64,000 nt of DNA from an uncultured Chloroflexia bacterium (GCA_963794525.1 CAWCEC010000004.1:177637-241636), one strand, 5' to 3'; numbered from the stretch's first letter, positions 27,584 to 38,545 are shown. A program made the numbers and translations. The notes: generated from the sequence alone by a model not told the origin.

Positions 27584-30109
27584 ATGGGCGCGCTCCCGGC
27601 GCGAGCGGACGTCGTCGTCATCGGCGCGGGCATCGTCGGCAACAGCATGGCCTACCACCTGGCCGAGCAGGGCTGGCGGGACATCGTGCTAGTCGACAAG
27701 GGACCCCTGCCCAGTCCGGGCGGATCCACCGGCCATGCCTCGAACTTCATCTTCCTGACCGACCACTCGAAAGAGATGACGGCGTTCACCGTCGACAGCG
27801 CCCGCCAGTACCGCGAGCTGGATGTGTACGACGAGACCGGCGGCATCGAGGTCGCTCGGACACCTGAACGGATGGAGGAGCTCACGCGACGCCAGGCGTC
27901 GTCGACCTCGTGGGGGATCGAGGGGTCCCGGTTGCTGACCCCTGCCGAGGTCAAGGAGATGGTCCCGTTCATCGACGAGTCGGTGATCCTCGGTGGGTGG
28001 TACACGCCGGGCGTCGGCATCGTCGACTCGCTCCAGGCCGGGACCCTGATGCGCGACAAGGCCCAGAAGATGGGCGCGTTGACGGTCGCGGCGGGCGTCG
28101 AGGTCACCGGCATCGACGTGGTCGACGGGCAGGTCCGCGGCGTGCGCACGGACCAGGGTGACATCGCCGCCGATACGGTCGTCATCGCGTGCGGCGTGTG
28201 GAGCCCGCGGATCGCCCGGATGGCCGGGGCGTCGATCCCGTTGACGCCGGCGGTCCACCAGATGATCGACATCGGCCCGGTGCCCCAGTTCGAGCACACG
28301 ACCAAGGAGGTCGGCTTCCCGATCGTCCGCGACATGGACACCAACATGTACGAGCGCCAGCACGGCACCGGCTTCGAGGTCGGCTCGTACGCCCACCGGC
28401 CGATCCTGATGGACGCCGACGACATCCCGTCGATCGAGGCCTCGGCCCTGTCGCCGACGATGTTGCCGTTCACCCAGGAGGACTTCGACCCGCAGCTCGA
28501 GGATGCGCTCGAGCTGTTCCCCGAGATCGTCGGCGACGAATCCGTTGGCGTGAAGCTGGCGATCAACGGCCTGCTCGCATTGACGCCCGACGGCAACCCG
28601 ATCATCGGCGAGACCCCCGAGGTGAAGGGCCTCTGGTCCGCGGCCGCGATCTGGATCAAGGAAGCGCCAGGGATCGCCAAGGCGATCGCCGAGTGGATGA
28701 CCACAGGCGAACCGGAGATCGACCCGCACGGATCGGACATCGCCCGCTTCTATGACCATCACAAGACCGCGCAACACATCGCGGCGCGGGCCAGCGAGGG
28801 GTTCAACAAGACCTACGGCATCGTCCACCCGATGGAGCAGTGGGCGTCGAACCGGCCCATCCGGCTGTCGCCGGCCTACGACCGACATGTCGAGCTGGGA
28901 GCCGAGTTCTTCGAGGCGGCGGGCTGGGAACGGCCGTACTGGTACGGCACGAACGAGGGGCTTCTCGGCGAGTACGGCGATCGGGTGATGCCGCGTGAGG
29001 CCGAATGGGAATTGCGCTGGTGGTCGCCGATCATCAACGCGGAACACCTCGCGATGCGCGATCGGGCCGGTCTCGTCGACCTGTCGGCGTTCGCGATCTT
29101 CGACATCAGCGGGCCCGGGGCGCTCGCCGCGCTGGAACGGCTCTGCGTCAATCGCGTCGACGTGGCGCCGGGCCGGACGGTCTACACGCCGCTGCTCAAC
29201 TCGGCGGGCGGCATCCTGGCCGACCTGACCGTGATGCGCCTGGCCCATGACCGCTTCCGGGTCGTGACGGGCGGCGGCATGGGGATGCGCGACCGCAAGA
29301 TCTTCCAGGACGCGATGCCAGCCGACGGTACCGCGCACCTGCACGACGTGACCAACGCGTTCACGACGTTCGGGCTGTGGGGCCCGCGGGCACGCGACAT
29401 CCTCGGCGTGGCCGCCGACGGCGGCGCGGACATCAGCCACAAGGGCTTCCCGTTCCTGACGTCCAAGACCGTCGAGATCGACGGCGTCCGGACACTCGCG
29501 TCACGCATCAGCTACGTCGGCGAGCTGGGTTGGGAGATCTACGTCCCGATCGAGCAGGGGTTACGTGTCTGGGACGCGCTGTGGCGGGCCGGCCAACCGC
29601 ACGGGCTCGTGCCGGTCGGGATCGGCACGTACGCCGTGACCTCGCGGCTGGAGAAGGGCTACCGGGCGCATGGCGCCGAGCTCGAGCTCGATTTCGATCT
29701 CGTCGAGGCCGGCATGGCGCGACCGACGGTGAAGGACGACGACTTCGTCGGGCGCGAGGCCTATCTGCGGAAGCGCGACGAATCGCCCGTGGCGATCCTG
29801 TGCACGTTGACCGTCGAGGACCACACTTCGAAGAAGGGCGTCAAGCGCTTCATGCTCGGCCGCGAGCCGATCCTGGCGGAGGACGGCAGCCCGCTGGTCG
29901 ATGCGAAGGGCCGCCGCTCGTACGTGACGAGCGCGGGATCCGGCCCGTCGGTCGGGAAACATCTGCTGATGTCGTATCTGCCACCGGAGCAGGCGGTCGA
30001 GGGCACCAAGCTCCTCGTGGAGTACTTCGGCGAGCGCTATCCCGTGACCGTGGCCGTCGCAGGCAGCACGCCGCTGTTCGACGCCGAGAACGACCGGATC
30101 CGGAGCTGA
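27584..30109 (+). CDS. GcvT-domain FAD-dependent oxidoreductase (dimethylglycine/sarcosine dehydrogenase family), paralog 2
   Basis: VIGAGIVG, GGSTGHA, LTPDG, GWERP, ISYVGELGWE, SRLEKGYR; GGAGGAGG RBS. Confidence 0.92.
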   Translation: MGALPARADVVVIGAGIVGNSMAYHLAEQGWRDIVLVDKGPLPSPGGSTGHASNFIFLTDHSKEMTAFTVDSARQYRELDVYDETGGIEVARTPERMEELTRRQASSTSWGIEGSRLLTPAEVKEMVPFIDESVILGGWYTPGVGIVDSLQAGTLMRDKAQKMGALTVAAGVEVTGIDVVDGQVRGVRTDQGDIAADTVVIACGVWSPRIARMAGASIPLTPAVHQMIDIGPVPQFEHTTKEVGFPIVRDMDTNMYERQHGTGFEVGSYAHRPILMDADDIPSIEASALSPTMLPFTQEDFDPQLEDALELFPEIVGDESVGVKLAINGLLALTPDGNPIIGETPEVKGLWSAAAIWIKEAPGIAKAIAEWMTTGEPEIDPHGSDIARFYDHHKTAQHIAARASEGFNKTYGIVHPMEQWASNRPIRLSPAYDRHVELGAEFFEAAGWERPYWYGTNEGLLGEYGDRVMPREAEWELRWWSPIINAEHLAMRDRAGLVDLSAFAIFDISGPGALAALERLCVNRVDVAPGRTVYTPLLNSAGGILADLTVMRLAHDRFRVVTGGGMGMRDRKIFQDAMPADGTAHLHDVTNAFTTFGLWGPRARDILGVAADGGADISHKGFPFLTSKTVEIDGVRTLASRISYVGELGWEIYVPIEQGLRVWDALWRAGQPHGLVPVGIGTYAVTSRLEKGYRAHGAELELDFDLVEAGMARPTVKDDDFVGREAYLRKRDESPVAILCTLTVEDHTSKKGVKRFMLGREPILAEDGSPLVDAKGRRSYVTSAGSGPSVGKHLLMSYLPPEQAVEGTKLLVEYFGERYPVTVAVAGSTPLFDAENDRIRS

Positions 30110-30119
30110 TCGAGGGCCG

Positions 30120-30884
30120 ATGCGCATCCTCGTCCTGGTCAAGCGCGTTCCCGCGACCGGCGGACGGATCGTCCTGACCGAGGATGGCCGAGCGATCGAC
30201 ACGCGCTTCCTCGGGTTCGTCGTCAGCCCCCACGAGGAATGCGCTGAGGAGGAGGCCGTCCGCCTGATCGAGGCGAACGGCGGCGAGTCGGTCGTCCTGA
30301 CGCTCGGCGCGCCGGAGGCCGCCGACCAACTGCGCGATGCGATGGCGATCGGCATCGACCGCGCGGTCCTGCTCGAGACCGACGGGTCGGACTGGGATCC
30401 ATTCGCGACCGCGGCGGCGATCACCGACGCGGTCCGTGGTCTGGAGGCGGCCCATGGGCCGTTCGACCTCATCCTCGTCGGCAACGAGTCGGCCGATTCG
30501 GGCGGGTACCAGGTGGGCATCCGGCTGGCCGTCGACCTCGATCGACCGATCGCCACGGGGATCAAGGCGCTCGACATCAGCGATGGCGTCGCGACTGCTC
30601 GTCGCCAGGTCGCGGGTGGTGCCGACGTGTTCGAGCTCCCGCTGCCGGCGGTCGTCGGCGTCCGCGAGGGCATCAACCTGCCCCGCTACCCGTCCGTGCC
30701 GGGGCGGTTGCGGGCGAAGAAGAAGGACATCGAGCGCATCGTCCCGGAGCGTCGTCCGGGCGGCCCGACCCTCGAGCGCCTCCAGCTGCCGGTCGAGAAG
30801 GAGCAGCACGTCGAGATCCTCGGGACCGGTCCGGAGGCGGCGCCCCGGGTGGTGGCGCTGCTGCGCGAGCTGGGCGTCCTGTGA
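30120..30884 (+). CDS. etfB: Electron transfer flavoprotein beta subunit
   Basis: VLVKRVP, AMAIGID-RA, GNESAD, INLPRYP. Confidence 0.9.
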   Translation: MRILVLVKRVPATGGRIVLTEDGRAIDTRFLGFVVSPHEECAEEEAVRLIEANGGESVVLTLGAPEAADQLRDAMAIGIDRAVLLETDGSDWDPFATAAAITDAVRGLEAAHGPFDLILVGNESADSGGYQVGIRLAVDLDRPIATGIKALDISDGVATARRQVAGGADVFELPLPAVVGVREGINLPRYPSVPGRLRAKKKDIERIVPERRPGGPTLERLQLPVEKEQHVEILGTGPEAAPRVVALLRELGVL

Positions 30885-31882
30885 GCGGCGTCCTCGTCCT
30901 GGTCGAGCTGGCCGGCGACGCGCCCGACCGGCTGAGCGCCGAGGCGCTGGGTGTCGCGCGCGGTGTGGCGGATGCGCTCAGGGGCGCGGTCCACGCGGTG
31001 GTCGTCGCCGGGTCGGGCGACGCCGACGCCGCTGCGTCCGCCGCGCCCGCCCTCGGGTCGTACGGCGTGACAACGGTGCACCTCGCATCGAGCGACCGGC
31101 TCGAGGCCTACGCGCCGGCCGCCTGGGCCGCGGCAGTCGAGGGTGTCGTATCCAGCGGCTCGTACGATGCGGTCCTCGCCTCGGCTGGCGAGCGGGCGAC
31201 GGAGATCCTGGCCCATGTCGCCGCCCGCATGGGCATACCCATGGCGGCCAACGTCATCTCGATCGAGCCGGGTGAGCGCTGGCGGCTCACCCGACAGCGC
31301 TGGGCAGGGAGCCTGCTCGAAGAGGCATGGCTCGACGGGACGCCTCGGCTGTTCACCGTTGCCGCCCATGCCGTCCCGGCGATGGAGCCGTCCGCCTCGT
31401 CGGCACCCGCGGAGGTGGTCCGCGTCGAGCCGGCGATCAGCGATGCCGACCTGCGCGCGCGCGTGGTCGGCCACGACGTCGCCGGTGGCGCCGGCGTCTC
31501 CCTGTCCGACGCCAAGGTCGTGGTCGGTGGGGGGCGTGGCATGGGCAGCGCTGACGCCTTCGCGATGCTCGACGAGCTGGCCGCTGAACTCGGCGCGGCT
31601 GTCGGCGTCTCCCGCGTCGCGACGAGCCTCGGCTGGCGGCCGCACGCCCAGCAGATCGGCCAGACCGGCACGCGGATCGCCCCGGATCTCTACATCGCGT
31701 GCGGGATCAGCGGCGCGATCCAGCATATCGTGGGCGCCAAGGCGGCCAAGCGGATCCTGGTGATCAACTCCGACCAGGACGCCCCGATCTTCCGGCGGGC
31801 GAGCTACGCGGTCGTGGGTGACGTCCACGCCGTGGTCCCGGCTATCACGGCCGAGATCCGCCGGGCCCGTAGCGGAGGTTGA
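30881..31882 (+). CDS. etfA: Electron transfer flavoprotein alpha subunit
   Basis: VVGGGRG, AVGVSR, QIGQTG, LYIACGISGAIQH, INSDQDAPIF. Confidence 0.93.
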   Translation: MSGVLVLVELAGDAPDRLSAEALGVARGVADALRGAVHAVVVAGSGDADAAASAAPALGSYGVTTVHLASSDRLEAYAPAAWAAAVEGVVSSGSYDAVLASAGERATEILAHVAARMGIPMAANVISIEPGERWRLTRQRWAGSLLEEAWLDGTPRLFTVAAHAVPAMEPSASSAPAEVVRVEPAISDADLRARVVGHDVAGGAGVSLSDAKVVVGGGRGMGSADAFAMLDELAAELGAAVGVSRVATSLGWRPHAQQIGQTGTRIAPDLYIACGISGAIQHIVGAKAAKRILVINSDQDAPIFRRASYAVVGDVHAVVPAITAEIRRARSGG

Positions 31883-31948
31883 GCGACCGGTCGGCGCTAC
31901 ACTCCCCTCCAACGCGGACAGGACCCGCGCCGAGAGGAAGGTGACCTG

Positions 31949-32293
31949 ATGGGCTTCATCCGTGGCGTCATCGCCGGAGTCGCCGTCGCCGCTGGGGCGG
32001 CGGCCTGGTACATGTCGCGGGCGGGGTCGCGCTTCAGGGATCGCTACCGTGTCGATCGCAAGCTCGGCCGACTCGGCGACGAGATCGAGGAACGGACGCG
32101 CGACGTCCGCTCCAAGGTGACCGCCCAGGTCAATGAGGCACGATCGTCGGCGACCGGCACGGCCGCCGAGGGCGGCGATGTGCTGGACGAAGCCCGGGCG
32201 GCAGCAGCCGAAGAGGCCGCCGAGCTGGCCGCGGACGTCGAAGCGAAAGCCGCCAAGGTGAAACGGGCCGCGAAGTCGGCCGCATCCGAGTAG
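31949..32293 (+). CDS. Small membrane-anchored YtxH-like protein
   Basis: GFIRGVIAGVAVAAG N-terminal anchor, then an Ala/Glu/Lys-rich helical tail; GAGGAAGG RBS. Confidence 0.65.
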   Translation: MGFIRGVIAGVAVAAGAAAWYMSRAGSRFRDRYRVDRKLGRLGDEIEERTRDVRSKVTAQVNEARSSATGTAAEGGDVLDEARAAAAEEAAELAADVEAKAAKVKRAAKSAASE

Positions 32294-32304
32294 CAGGAGA
32301 AGCT

Positions 32305-32628
32305 GTGGCAAGACGGAAAGTCACGTACCCACCGCCCAAGACCGCCAACCGACCCGCGCCGCCCACTGGGCTGCCTGATGACGCGCCATATGTGCGGCCG
32401 ACAGTCGCCAACATCGACGTCACGGCGGGTAAGGGCCGCGCCGGACTGACCGTCGGGGGACGCGTCCGGATCACCGGCACCGGCCTGTACACCGGTGAGA
32501 CCGCCGTCATCGAGCGGCTTGCCAATGGGGTCATCCCGTCGGCGGTCGTCAGGACCGAAGCCGGCAAGACACGCCAGGTCCGCACGATCGACCTGGAACC
32601 GGTGGGTCCGGCGGCGAAGGGCGAGTAG
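32305..32628 (+). CDS. Small protein with a KOW/SH3-like C-terminal domain
   Basis: LTVGGRVRITGTGLYTGETAVI fits a KOW-like pattern; Pro-rich N-terminus; AGGAGA RBS. Confidence 0.6.
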   Translation: MARRKVTYPPPKTANRPAPPTGLPDDAPYVRPTVANIDVTAGKGRAGLTVGGRVRITGTGLYTGETAVIERLANGVIPSAVVRTEAGKTRQVRTIDLEPVGPAAKGE

Positions 32629-32783
32629 GCCCGCGGCGCGGCCGCGATAGACGGCCGACCACCGATCTCGGCTCCCCGGGCACAAGCGGCTGCGGCTTCC
32701 GCGCCTCGGGTCGATGCCGTCGCTTCTGAGGCGGCCGCGAGATCCGGCCCGCGACTCCCAGGCACGTTTTCGGCTCCAAGACG

Positions 32784-32892
32784 CGACTGCGCCGCGTTTC
32801 GGACCCGATTCGCGTTTCTGATGCACGGATGCCCATCGAGGATGGCTCAGCTTCGCGCTTCCGGCAGAAAACGCGACTCCGAGGCGCAGTCG
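32784..32892. repeat. Long imperfect inverted repeat (about 110 nt) between convergent genes
   Basis: cgactgcgcc/ggcgcagtcg, tcgga/tccga, cgcgtttctg/cagaaaacgcg and an inner ccatc/gatgg stem. Confidence 0.65.
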
Positions 32893-32920
32893 TGGACGAG
32901 CCCCGCCCGCGCCGCGCTGC

Positions 32921-33673
32921 CTACCCCTCCCGCAGCCCGGCCGCGATGCGGGCCGCACCCGTCACCAGCAGCTGCGCCAGGGCGGCGTCGCGCCCCGCCG
33001 GTGGGAATCGGTACGACGGTCCGTGGATGTGGACGGCGGCGATGACCTCGCCCGACGCATCGGCGATCGGCGCCGCGACCGACGCGATCCCGTCGTCGAA
33101 CTCCTCGATCGCCCAGGCATAGCCTCGCCTGCGCACGTCTCGTAGGCGCTCGCGGACCGCATCCGGATCCGACAGGGTCTGGGGCGTAAATCGCTCGAGC
33201 GTTGGTTGCGCCAGGTAGCGCTCGATCGCCGCCGGTGTCCGGAACGCCAGCAGCACCTGCCCCGACGAAACGGCATGGAGCGGCGCCCTGGCGCCGGTCC
33301 AGTCACGTACGACGACCGGGTTCGGCGTGTCGACCTGGTCGATGTAGTGGATGAGGTCCCCATCGGGCACGCCGAGACCGGCGGCTTCACCGGACGCCGC
33401 TGCGAGATCCGTGAGGACCGGCCGGCCGACCGCGGCCAGCGAGCGGATCAACGAGAACCCGCCAGCCAGCATCACGAGCCGCGGTCCCAGCCGGTACGCC
33501 GTCTCGCCGGGGACCTGCTCGACCGCGCCCTCGCCGACGAGGGTCGCGAGCAACCGAGCCGCCGTCGACTTCGGGAGGGCGGCCCGTTCCGCGACCTCGG
33601 TCACGCCGAGCGGGCCCTCATCGAGGGCGTCGAGCACGGCGAAGGCGCGTCTGATGGACTGGACGCTGGACAT
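32921..33673 (-). CDS. IclR-family transcriptional regulator
   Basis: VQSIRRAFAVL, HTH GVTEVAERAALPKSTAARLL, AVSSGQVLLA, RRRGYA, GIASVAAPI. Confidence 0.93.
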   Translation of the reverse strand: MSSVQSIRRAFAVLDALDEGPLGVTEVAERAALPKSTAARLLATLVGEGAVEQVPGETAYRLGPRLVMLAGGFSLIRSLAAVGRPVLTDLAAASGEAAGLGVPDGDLIHYIDQVDTPNPVVVRDWTGARAPLHAVSSGQVLLAFRTPAAIERYLAQPTLERFTPQTLSDPDAVRERLRDVRRRGYAWAIEEFDDGIASVAAPIADASGEVIAAVHIHGPSYRFPPAGRDAALAQLLVTGAARIAAGLREG

Positions 33674-33708
33674 CGGTACCTTCGTGTTCTAGATTTCGCA
33701 GTCTGGCT

Positions 33709-33745
33709 GGTTCCATCATACGGTACGGTTCCACGATGTGGAACC
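33709..33745. promoter_or_regulatory. Putative IclR operator GGTTCCAC-GAT-GTGGAACC with a degenerate tandem copy 18 bp upstream
   Basis: Perfect 8-3-8 palindrome at 33727-33745, and GGTTCCATCATACGGTAC at 33709, in the divergent gap between iclR and the corrinoid operon. Confidence 0.7.
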
Positions 33746-33771
33746 CCAGACCAGCGTTCGGAGCGAACCCG

Positions 33772-34485
<714 letters not shown>

Positions 34486-35140
34486 ACATCGGGCCGATGG
34501 CGTCGCCTCGCCACGGGTCCTCGTGGTCGGCTGTGGCGCCCTCGCGCGGGAGCTGGTCGCGCTGACCAGAGACCTGCCCAACGTCGACATCACGTGCCTG
34601 CCGGCCACGCTCCATAACCGACCGGGTGGCATCCCGGCCGCGGTCCGAGATCGCATCCGCCGCCGCCGCGCCGGCTATGACCGCGTGTTCGTCGCCTATG
34701 CCGACTGTGGCACCGGCGGCCTGCTCGACCCGGTCATCGCCGAGGAGGGCGTCGAGCGTCTCGCGGGCGCGCATTGCTACGAGTTCTACGCTACGAGCCC
34801 GGAGTTCGCCCGGCTGGTCGAGGACGAGCCGGCCACCTTCTTCCTGACCGACTTCCTCGCCCGCAACTTCGATCGGCTGGTGATCAAGGGTCTGGGTCTC
34901 GACCGCCACCCGGAGCTGCGCGACGCGTATTTCGGCAACTACAGGCGCCTCGTCTACCTCGCCCAGACCGACGATCCGACGCTCGCTACGGCAGCCCGAC
35001 GCGCCGCACGCCGGCTCGGGCTCCGCTTCGAGCAGCGCCACACCGGCTACGGCCAGCTCGCGACGACGATCGGCGCGGTCGCCGCGGGCCGACCCGCACC
35101 GACCGTCACGTCCGTCATCGACCTGGGAGGACGCTGAGCC

Positions 35141-35488
35141 GTGGGCACCATGACCGTCATCTGGTGGCGCGACATCCCGGCCCAGGTGACCGGCCGCGAG
35201 GGTCGGCGGCAGAGCAAGATCGTGCTCCATCCGCGCTTCCAGGTCGCGATCGACAAGGCCGCCAGCCGCGCCGGCAAGCGGGCCTACAACGCCTACATCG
35301 AAGAGTGGCGCCGGACCCAGAAGCGCTGCGGTGACGACATCGACCAGGAGGTGGCGGCCGAGGCCGAGCGCCTCGAGGCCGACTACGACAAGCATCGACT
35401 GGCGATGCTCATCCAGTCCGGCGGGGTCGATGGCGGGGAGCCGTTGCCGCCTGCGCACGACGAGACCCAGGGGAAGCCGGACGCATGA
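35141..35488 (+). CDS. Small 'virulence factor' (PF13769-like) protein of corrinoid clusters
   Basis: IWWRDIPAQV...RFQVAIDKAA...YIEEWRR; family recognised from memory. Confidence 0.7.
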   Translation: MGTMTVIWWRDIPAQVTGREGRRQSKIVLHPRFQVAIDKAASRAGKRAYNAYIEEWRRTQKRCGDDIDQEVAAEAERLEADYDKHRLAMLIQSGGVDGGEPLPPAHDETQGKPDA

Positions 35489-36462
35489 CGCGCACGGTCG
35501 TCAGCTCCGCTACGCGCGAGGTCGTCCTCGGCGACGACCAGCCGTTCGTGATCATCGGTGAGCGCATCAACCCGACCGGTCGCAAGATCCTCATGGAGGA
35601 GATGAAGGCCGGCGACTTCTCGCGCGTCGAGCGCGACACGATCGCCCAGGTCGAGGCGGGTGCCCACATGCTGGACGTCAATGCCGGCATCCCGCTGGCC
35701 GACGAGCCGGCGATCCTGGCCCAGACGATCAAGCTCGTCCAATCGCTGACGGACCTTCCGCTGTCGATCGACTCGTCCATCGTCGAGGCGCTGGAAGCCG
35801 GGCTTGCCGTCTACCAGGGCAAACCGCTGCTCAACAGCGTCACGGGTGAAGAGGAGCGGCTGGAGCGGGTGCTGCCGCTGGTCAAGAAGTACGGCTGCGC
35901 GGTCGTCGCGATCAGCAACGACGAGACGGGCATCAGCATGGACCCGGACGTCCGCTTCGCCGTCGCCAAGCGCATCGTCGAGCGGGCCGCCGACCACGGC
36001 ATCCCGCGCGAGGACATCGTGGTCGATCCGCTGCTGATGCCCATCGGGGCGCTTGCCGGCGCTGGCCGCCAGGTGTTCCACATCCTCGGGCGGTTGCGCG
36101 ACGAGCTGAAGGTCAACTCGACGTGCGGCGCCTCGAACGTCAGCTTCGGGTTGCCGAACCGCGAGGGCATCAACGGCGCGTTCCTGAGCATGGCCATCGC
36201 GTCGGGGCTCACGTCGGCGATCACCAACCCGGTCGCCGAGGGCGTGCGCCACGCCGTCATGGCCAGCGACGTGCTGATGGGCAACGACCAGGACGCCGCC
36301 CGCTGGATCCGCCGGTTCCGCGTCGCGCCGCCCGCCGGCGAGGCCGGGGGCCGCCGCGTCAACCGCCGTCGCGGTGGCGCCCCGAATGGCGCCGGCCAGG
36401 CGCTCTCGGCGGACGTGCCCGGCGTCGACGTCCCGGGGCTCGACGTCCCGGCCTCGCGCTGA
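35485..36462 (+). CDS. Methyltetrahydrofolate:corrinoid methyltransferase (pterin-binding, DHPS fold)
   Basis: IIGERINPTGRK, LDVN, SIDSS, LLNS, VVDP, GASNVSFGLP; ATGA overlap. Confidence 0.9.
   Translation: MTRTVVSSATREVVLGDDQPFVIIGERINPTGRKILMEEMKAGDFSRVERDTIAQVEAGAHMLDVNAGIPLADEPAILAQTIKLVQSLTDLPLSIDSSIVEALEAGLAVYQGKPLLNSVTGEEERLERVLPLVKKYGCAVVAISNDETGISMDPDVRFAVAKRIVERAADHGIPREDIVVDPLLMPIGALAGAGRQVFHILGRLRDELKVNSTCGASNVSFGLPNREGINGAFLSMAIASGLTSAITNPVAEGVRHAVMASDVLMGNDQDAARWIRRFRVAPPAGEAGGRRVNRRRGGAPNGAGQALSADVPGVDVPGLDVPASR
36412..36456 (+). repeat. 15-bp tandem repeat x3 encoding DVPG(V/L)
   Basis: gacgtgcccggcgtc / gacgtcccggggctc / gacgtcccggcctcg at the 3' end of the MeTr gene. Confidence 0.75.
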
Positions 36463-36472
36463 CGGCGGGCCG

Positions 36473-38545
36473 ATGGCCCCGACACCTGCCACGACGGACC
36501 CGCAGATCATCTTCACGCCGTCGGGTCGGCGCGGCCGGGTCCCGGTCGGCACCACGATCCTCGATGCCGCGCGCTCGCTCGGCGTCGACATCGACGCCGT
36601 CTGCGGTAGCCGTGGGATCTGCGGTCGGTGCACGGTGACCCCCGCATTTGGGACGTTCGCGAAGCACGGCATCACATCGGCGCCGGAGCACATCGCGGAG
36701 CCGGGCCAGCTCGAGACGGCGTACCGCGAGGAACAGGGCCTCCCCGACGACCGGCGGTTGTCCTGCACGGCCACGTTGCTCGGCGACGCCGTCATCGACG
36801 TCCCGCCCGAGAGCCAGGTCCACCGCCAGGTCGTTCGCAAGGACCTCGCCGCACGGGCCTTCGAGATGGATCCGGTCGTGCGGCTCTACACGGTCGATGT
36901 CACGGCACCCGACCTGGCCACGCCGACCGGCGACCTCGGCCGGCTGTTCGCGGCGCTCGAGGCGGAGCAAGGGTTGACGGATCTGCACGCCGACCTGTCG
37001 GTCATCCGCGTCCTCCAGTCGACGCTGGAAGCGGGCGCGTACCGCGTCACCGTGGCCGTCCATGGCGGAGGCGATGTCATCGCGGTCTGGCCCGGCTTCC
37101 ACGACCGCGCGTTCGGCGTCGCCATCGATGTCGGGTCGACGACGATCGCCGGGCACCTGGTCGACCTCGTGAGCGGCGACGTCCTCGCGAGTGCTGGCGT
37201 GATGAACCCGCAGATCCGGTTCGGCGAGGACCTGATGAGCCGCGTGTCGTACGTGATGATGCATGAGGGCGGCGATGTCGAGCTGACGACGGCGGTCCGA
37301 AAGGCGCTCGACGGGTTACTCGCCGCGCTCGCCAACAAGACCGATATCAAGCGGCTCGAGATCCTCGAGCTCGCGATCGTCGGGAACCCGATCATGCACC
37401 ACCTGCTCCTTGGCATCGATCCGACGCCGCTCGGTTCGGCGCCATTCGCGCTGGCGACCGACACCGCCGTTTCGACGACCGCCGCCGAGCTCGGCGTGTA
37501 CGCCCATCCGGGGGCGCGGGTCTACGTGTTGCCGTGCATCGCCGGTCACGTCGGTGCGGATACGGCCGGGGTGATCCTGGCCGAGGAGCCGCACAAGGCC
37601 GAAGTGATGACGCTGGTCGTCGACGTCGGCACGAACGCCGAGATCGTCCTCGGCAACCGCGACCGGCTGCTGGCCGCTAGCAGCCCGACCGGCCCGGCGT
37701 TCGAGGGTGCCCAGATCAGCTCGGGGCAGCGTGCCGCGCCCGGCGCGATCGAGCGCGTGCGGATCGACCGCGCGACGCTGGAGCCGCGGTTCCGGGTGAT
37801 CGGTGTCGATGCCTGGTCCGATACGCCGGACTTTGTGGAAGCCCTGGCTGCCGCCGGCACCGGCGTGACCGGCATCTGCGGCTCGGGGATCATCGAGGTG
37901 ATCGCGGAGCTGTTCCTCGCCGGCGTCATCAGCGCGGACGGCGTGATCGACGGCGGTCTCGCCGACCGGACGGCGCGGGTCATCCCGGACGGCCGCACGT
38001 ACAGCTACGTCCTGCACGAACCCGACGAGGGCGGCCCGCGGATCGTCATCACCCAGAACGACGTCCGCGCGATCCAGCTCGCGAAGGCCGCGCTGTACGC
38101 GGGTGCGCGGCTCCTGATGGACCAGCTCGCGATCAACACCGTCGACGAGGTCCGCCTGGCTGGCGCGTTCGGCAGCCAGATCGACCCGTTGCACGCGATG
38201 GTCCTGGGGCTGGTGCCGGATTGCGACCTCGAGCGGGTGCGCGCTGCCGGCAACGCCGCGGGCACCGGCGCGTTGATCGCGCTGCTGTCCGGGGCCGCCC
38301 GGCGCGAGATCGAAGGTGTCGTCCGCCGGGTCGAGAAGATCGAGACGGCGGTCGAGCCCCGCTTCCAGGAGCACTTCGTCGAGGCGATGGCGATCCCGCA
38401 CCGCACCGCCCCGAGCCCGAACCTCGAGCAGGTCGTCGATCTGCCGCCCCGCCCGGCCACCGCCGGCCGGGCGACCGACGGACGAACGGGGACCCGCCGA
38501 CGCCGACGGGCCGTGGTCCGCAGCGGACCCGGAGCCGAGCGATGA
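36473..38545 (+). CDS. RACo-type reductive activator of corrinoid enzymes (2Fe-2S + ASKHA)
   Basis: CGSRGICGRC...RLSC, AIDVGSTTI, NPQIRFGEDLMSR, GNPIMHH, DVGTNAE, GPAFEGAQI, GICGSG, AGAFG, GNAAG. Confidence 0.92.
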   Translation: MAPTPATTDPQIIFTPSGRRGRVPVGTTILDAARSLGVDIDAVCGSRGICGRCTVTPAFGTFAKHGITSAPEHIAEPGQLETAYREEQGLPDDRRLSCTATLLGDAVIDVPPESQVHRQVVRKDLAARAFEMDPVVRLYTVDVTAPDLATPTGDLGRLFAALEAEQGLTDLHADLSVIRVLQSTLEAGAYRVTVAVHGGGDVIAVWPGFHDRAFGVAIDVGSTTIAGHLVDLVSGDVLASAGVMNPQIRFGEDLMSRVSYVMMHEGGDVELTTAVRKALDGLLAALANKTDIKRLEILELAIVGNPIMHHLLLGIDPTPLGSAPFALATDTAVSTTAAELGVYAHPGARVYVLPCIAGHVGADTAGVILAEEPHKAEVMTLVVDVGTNAEIVLGNRDRLLAASSPTGPAFEGAQISSGQRAAPGAIERVRIDRATLEPRFRVIGVDAWSDTPDFVEALAAAGTGVTGICGSGIIEVIAELFLAGVISADGVIDGGLADRTARVIPDGRTYSYVLHEPDEGGPRIVITQNDVRAIQLAKAALYAGARLLMDQLAINTVDEVRLAGAFGSQIDPLHAMVLGLVPDCDLERVRAAGNAAGTGALIALLSGAARREIEGVVRRVEKIETAVEPRFQEHFVEAMAIPHRTAPSPNLEQVVDLPPRPATAGRATDGRTGTRRRRRAVVRSGPGAER

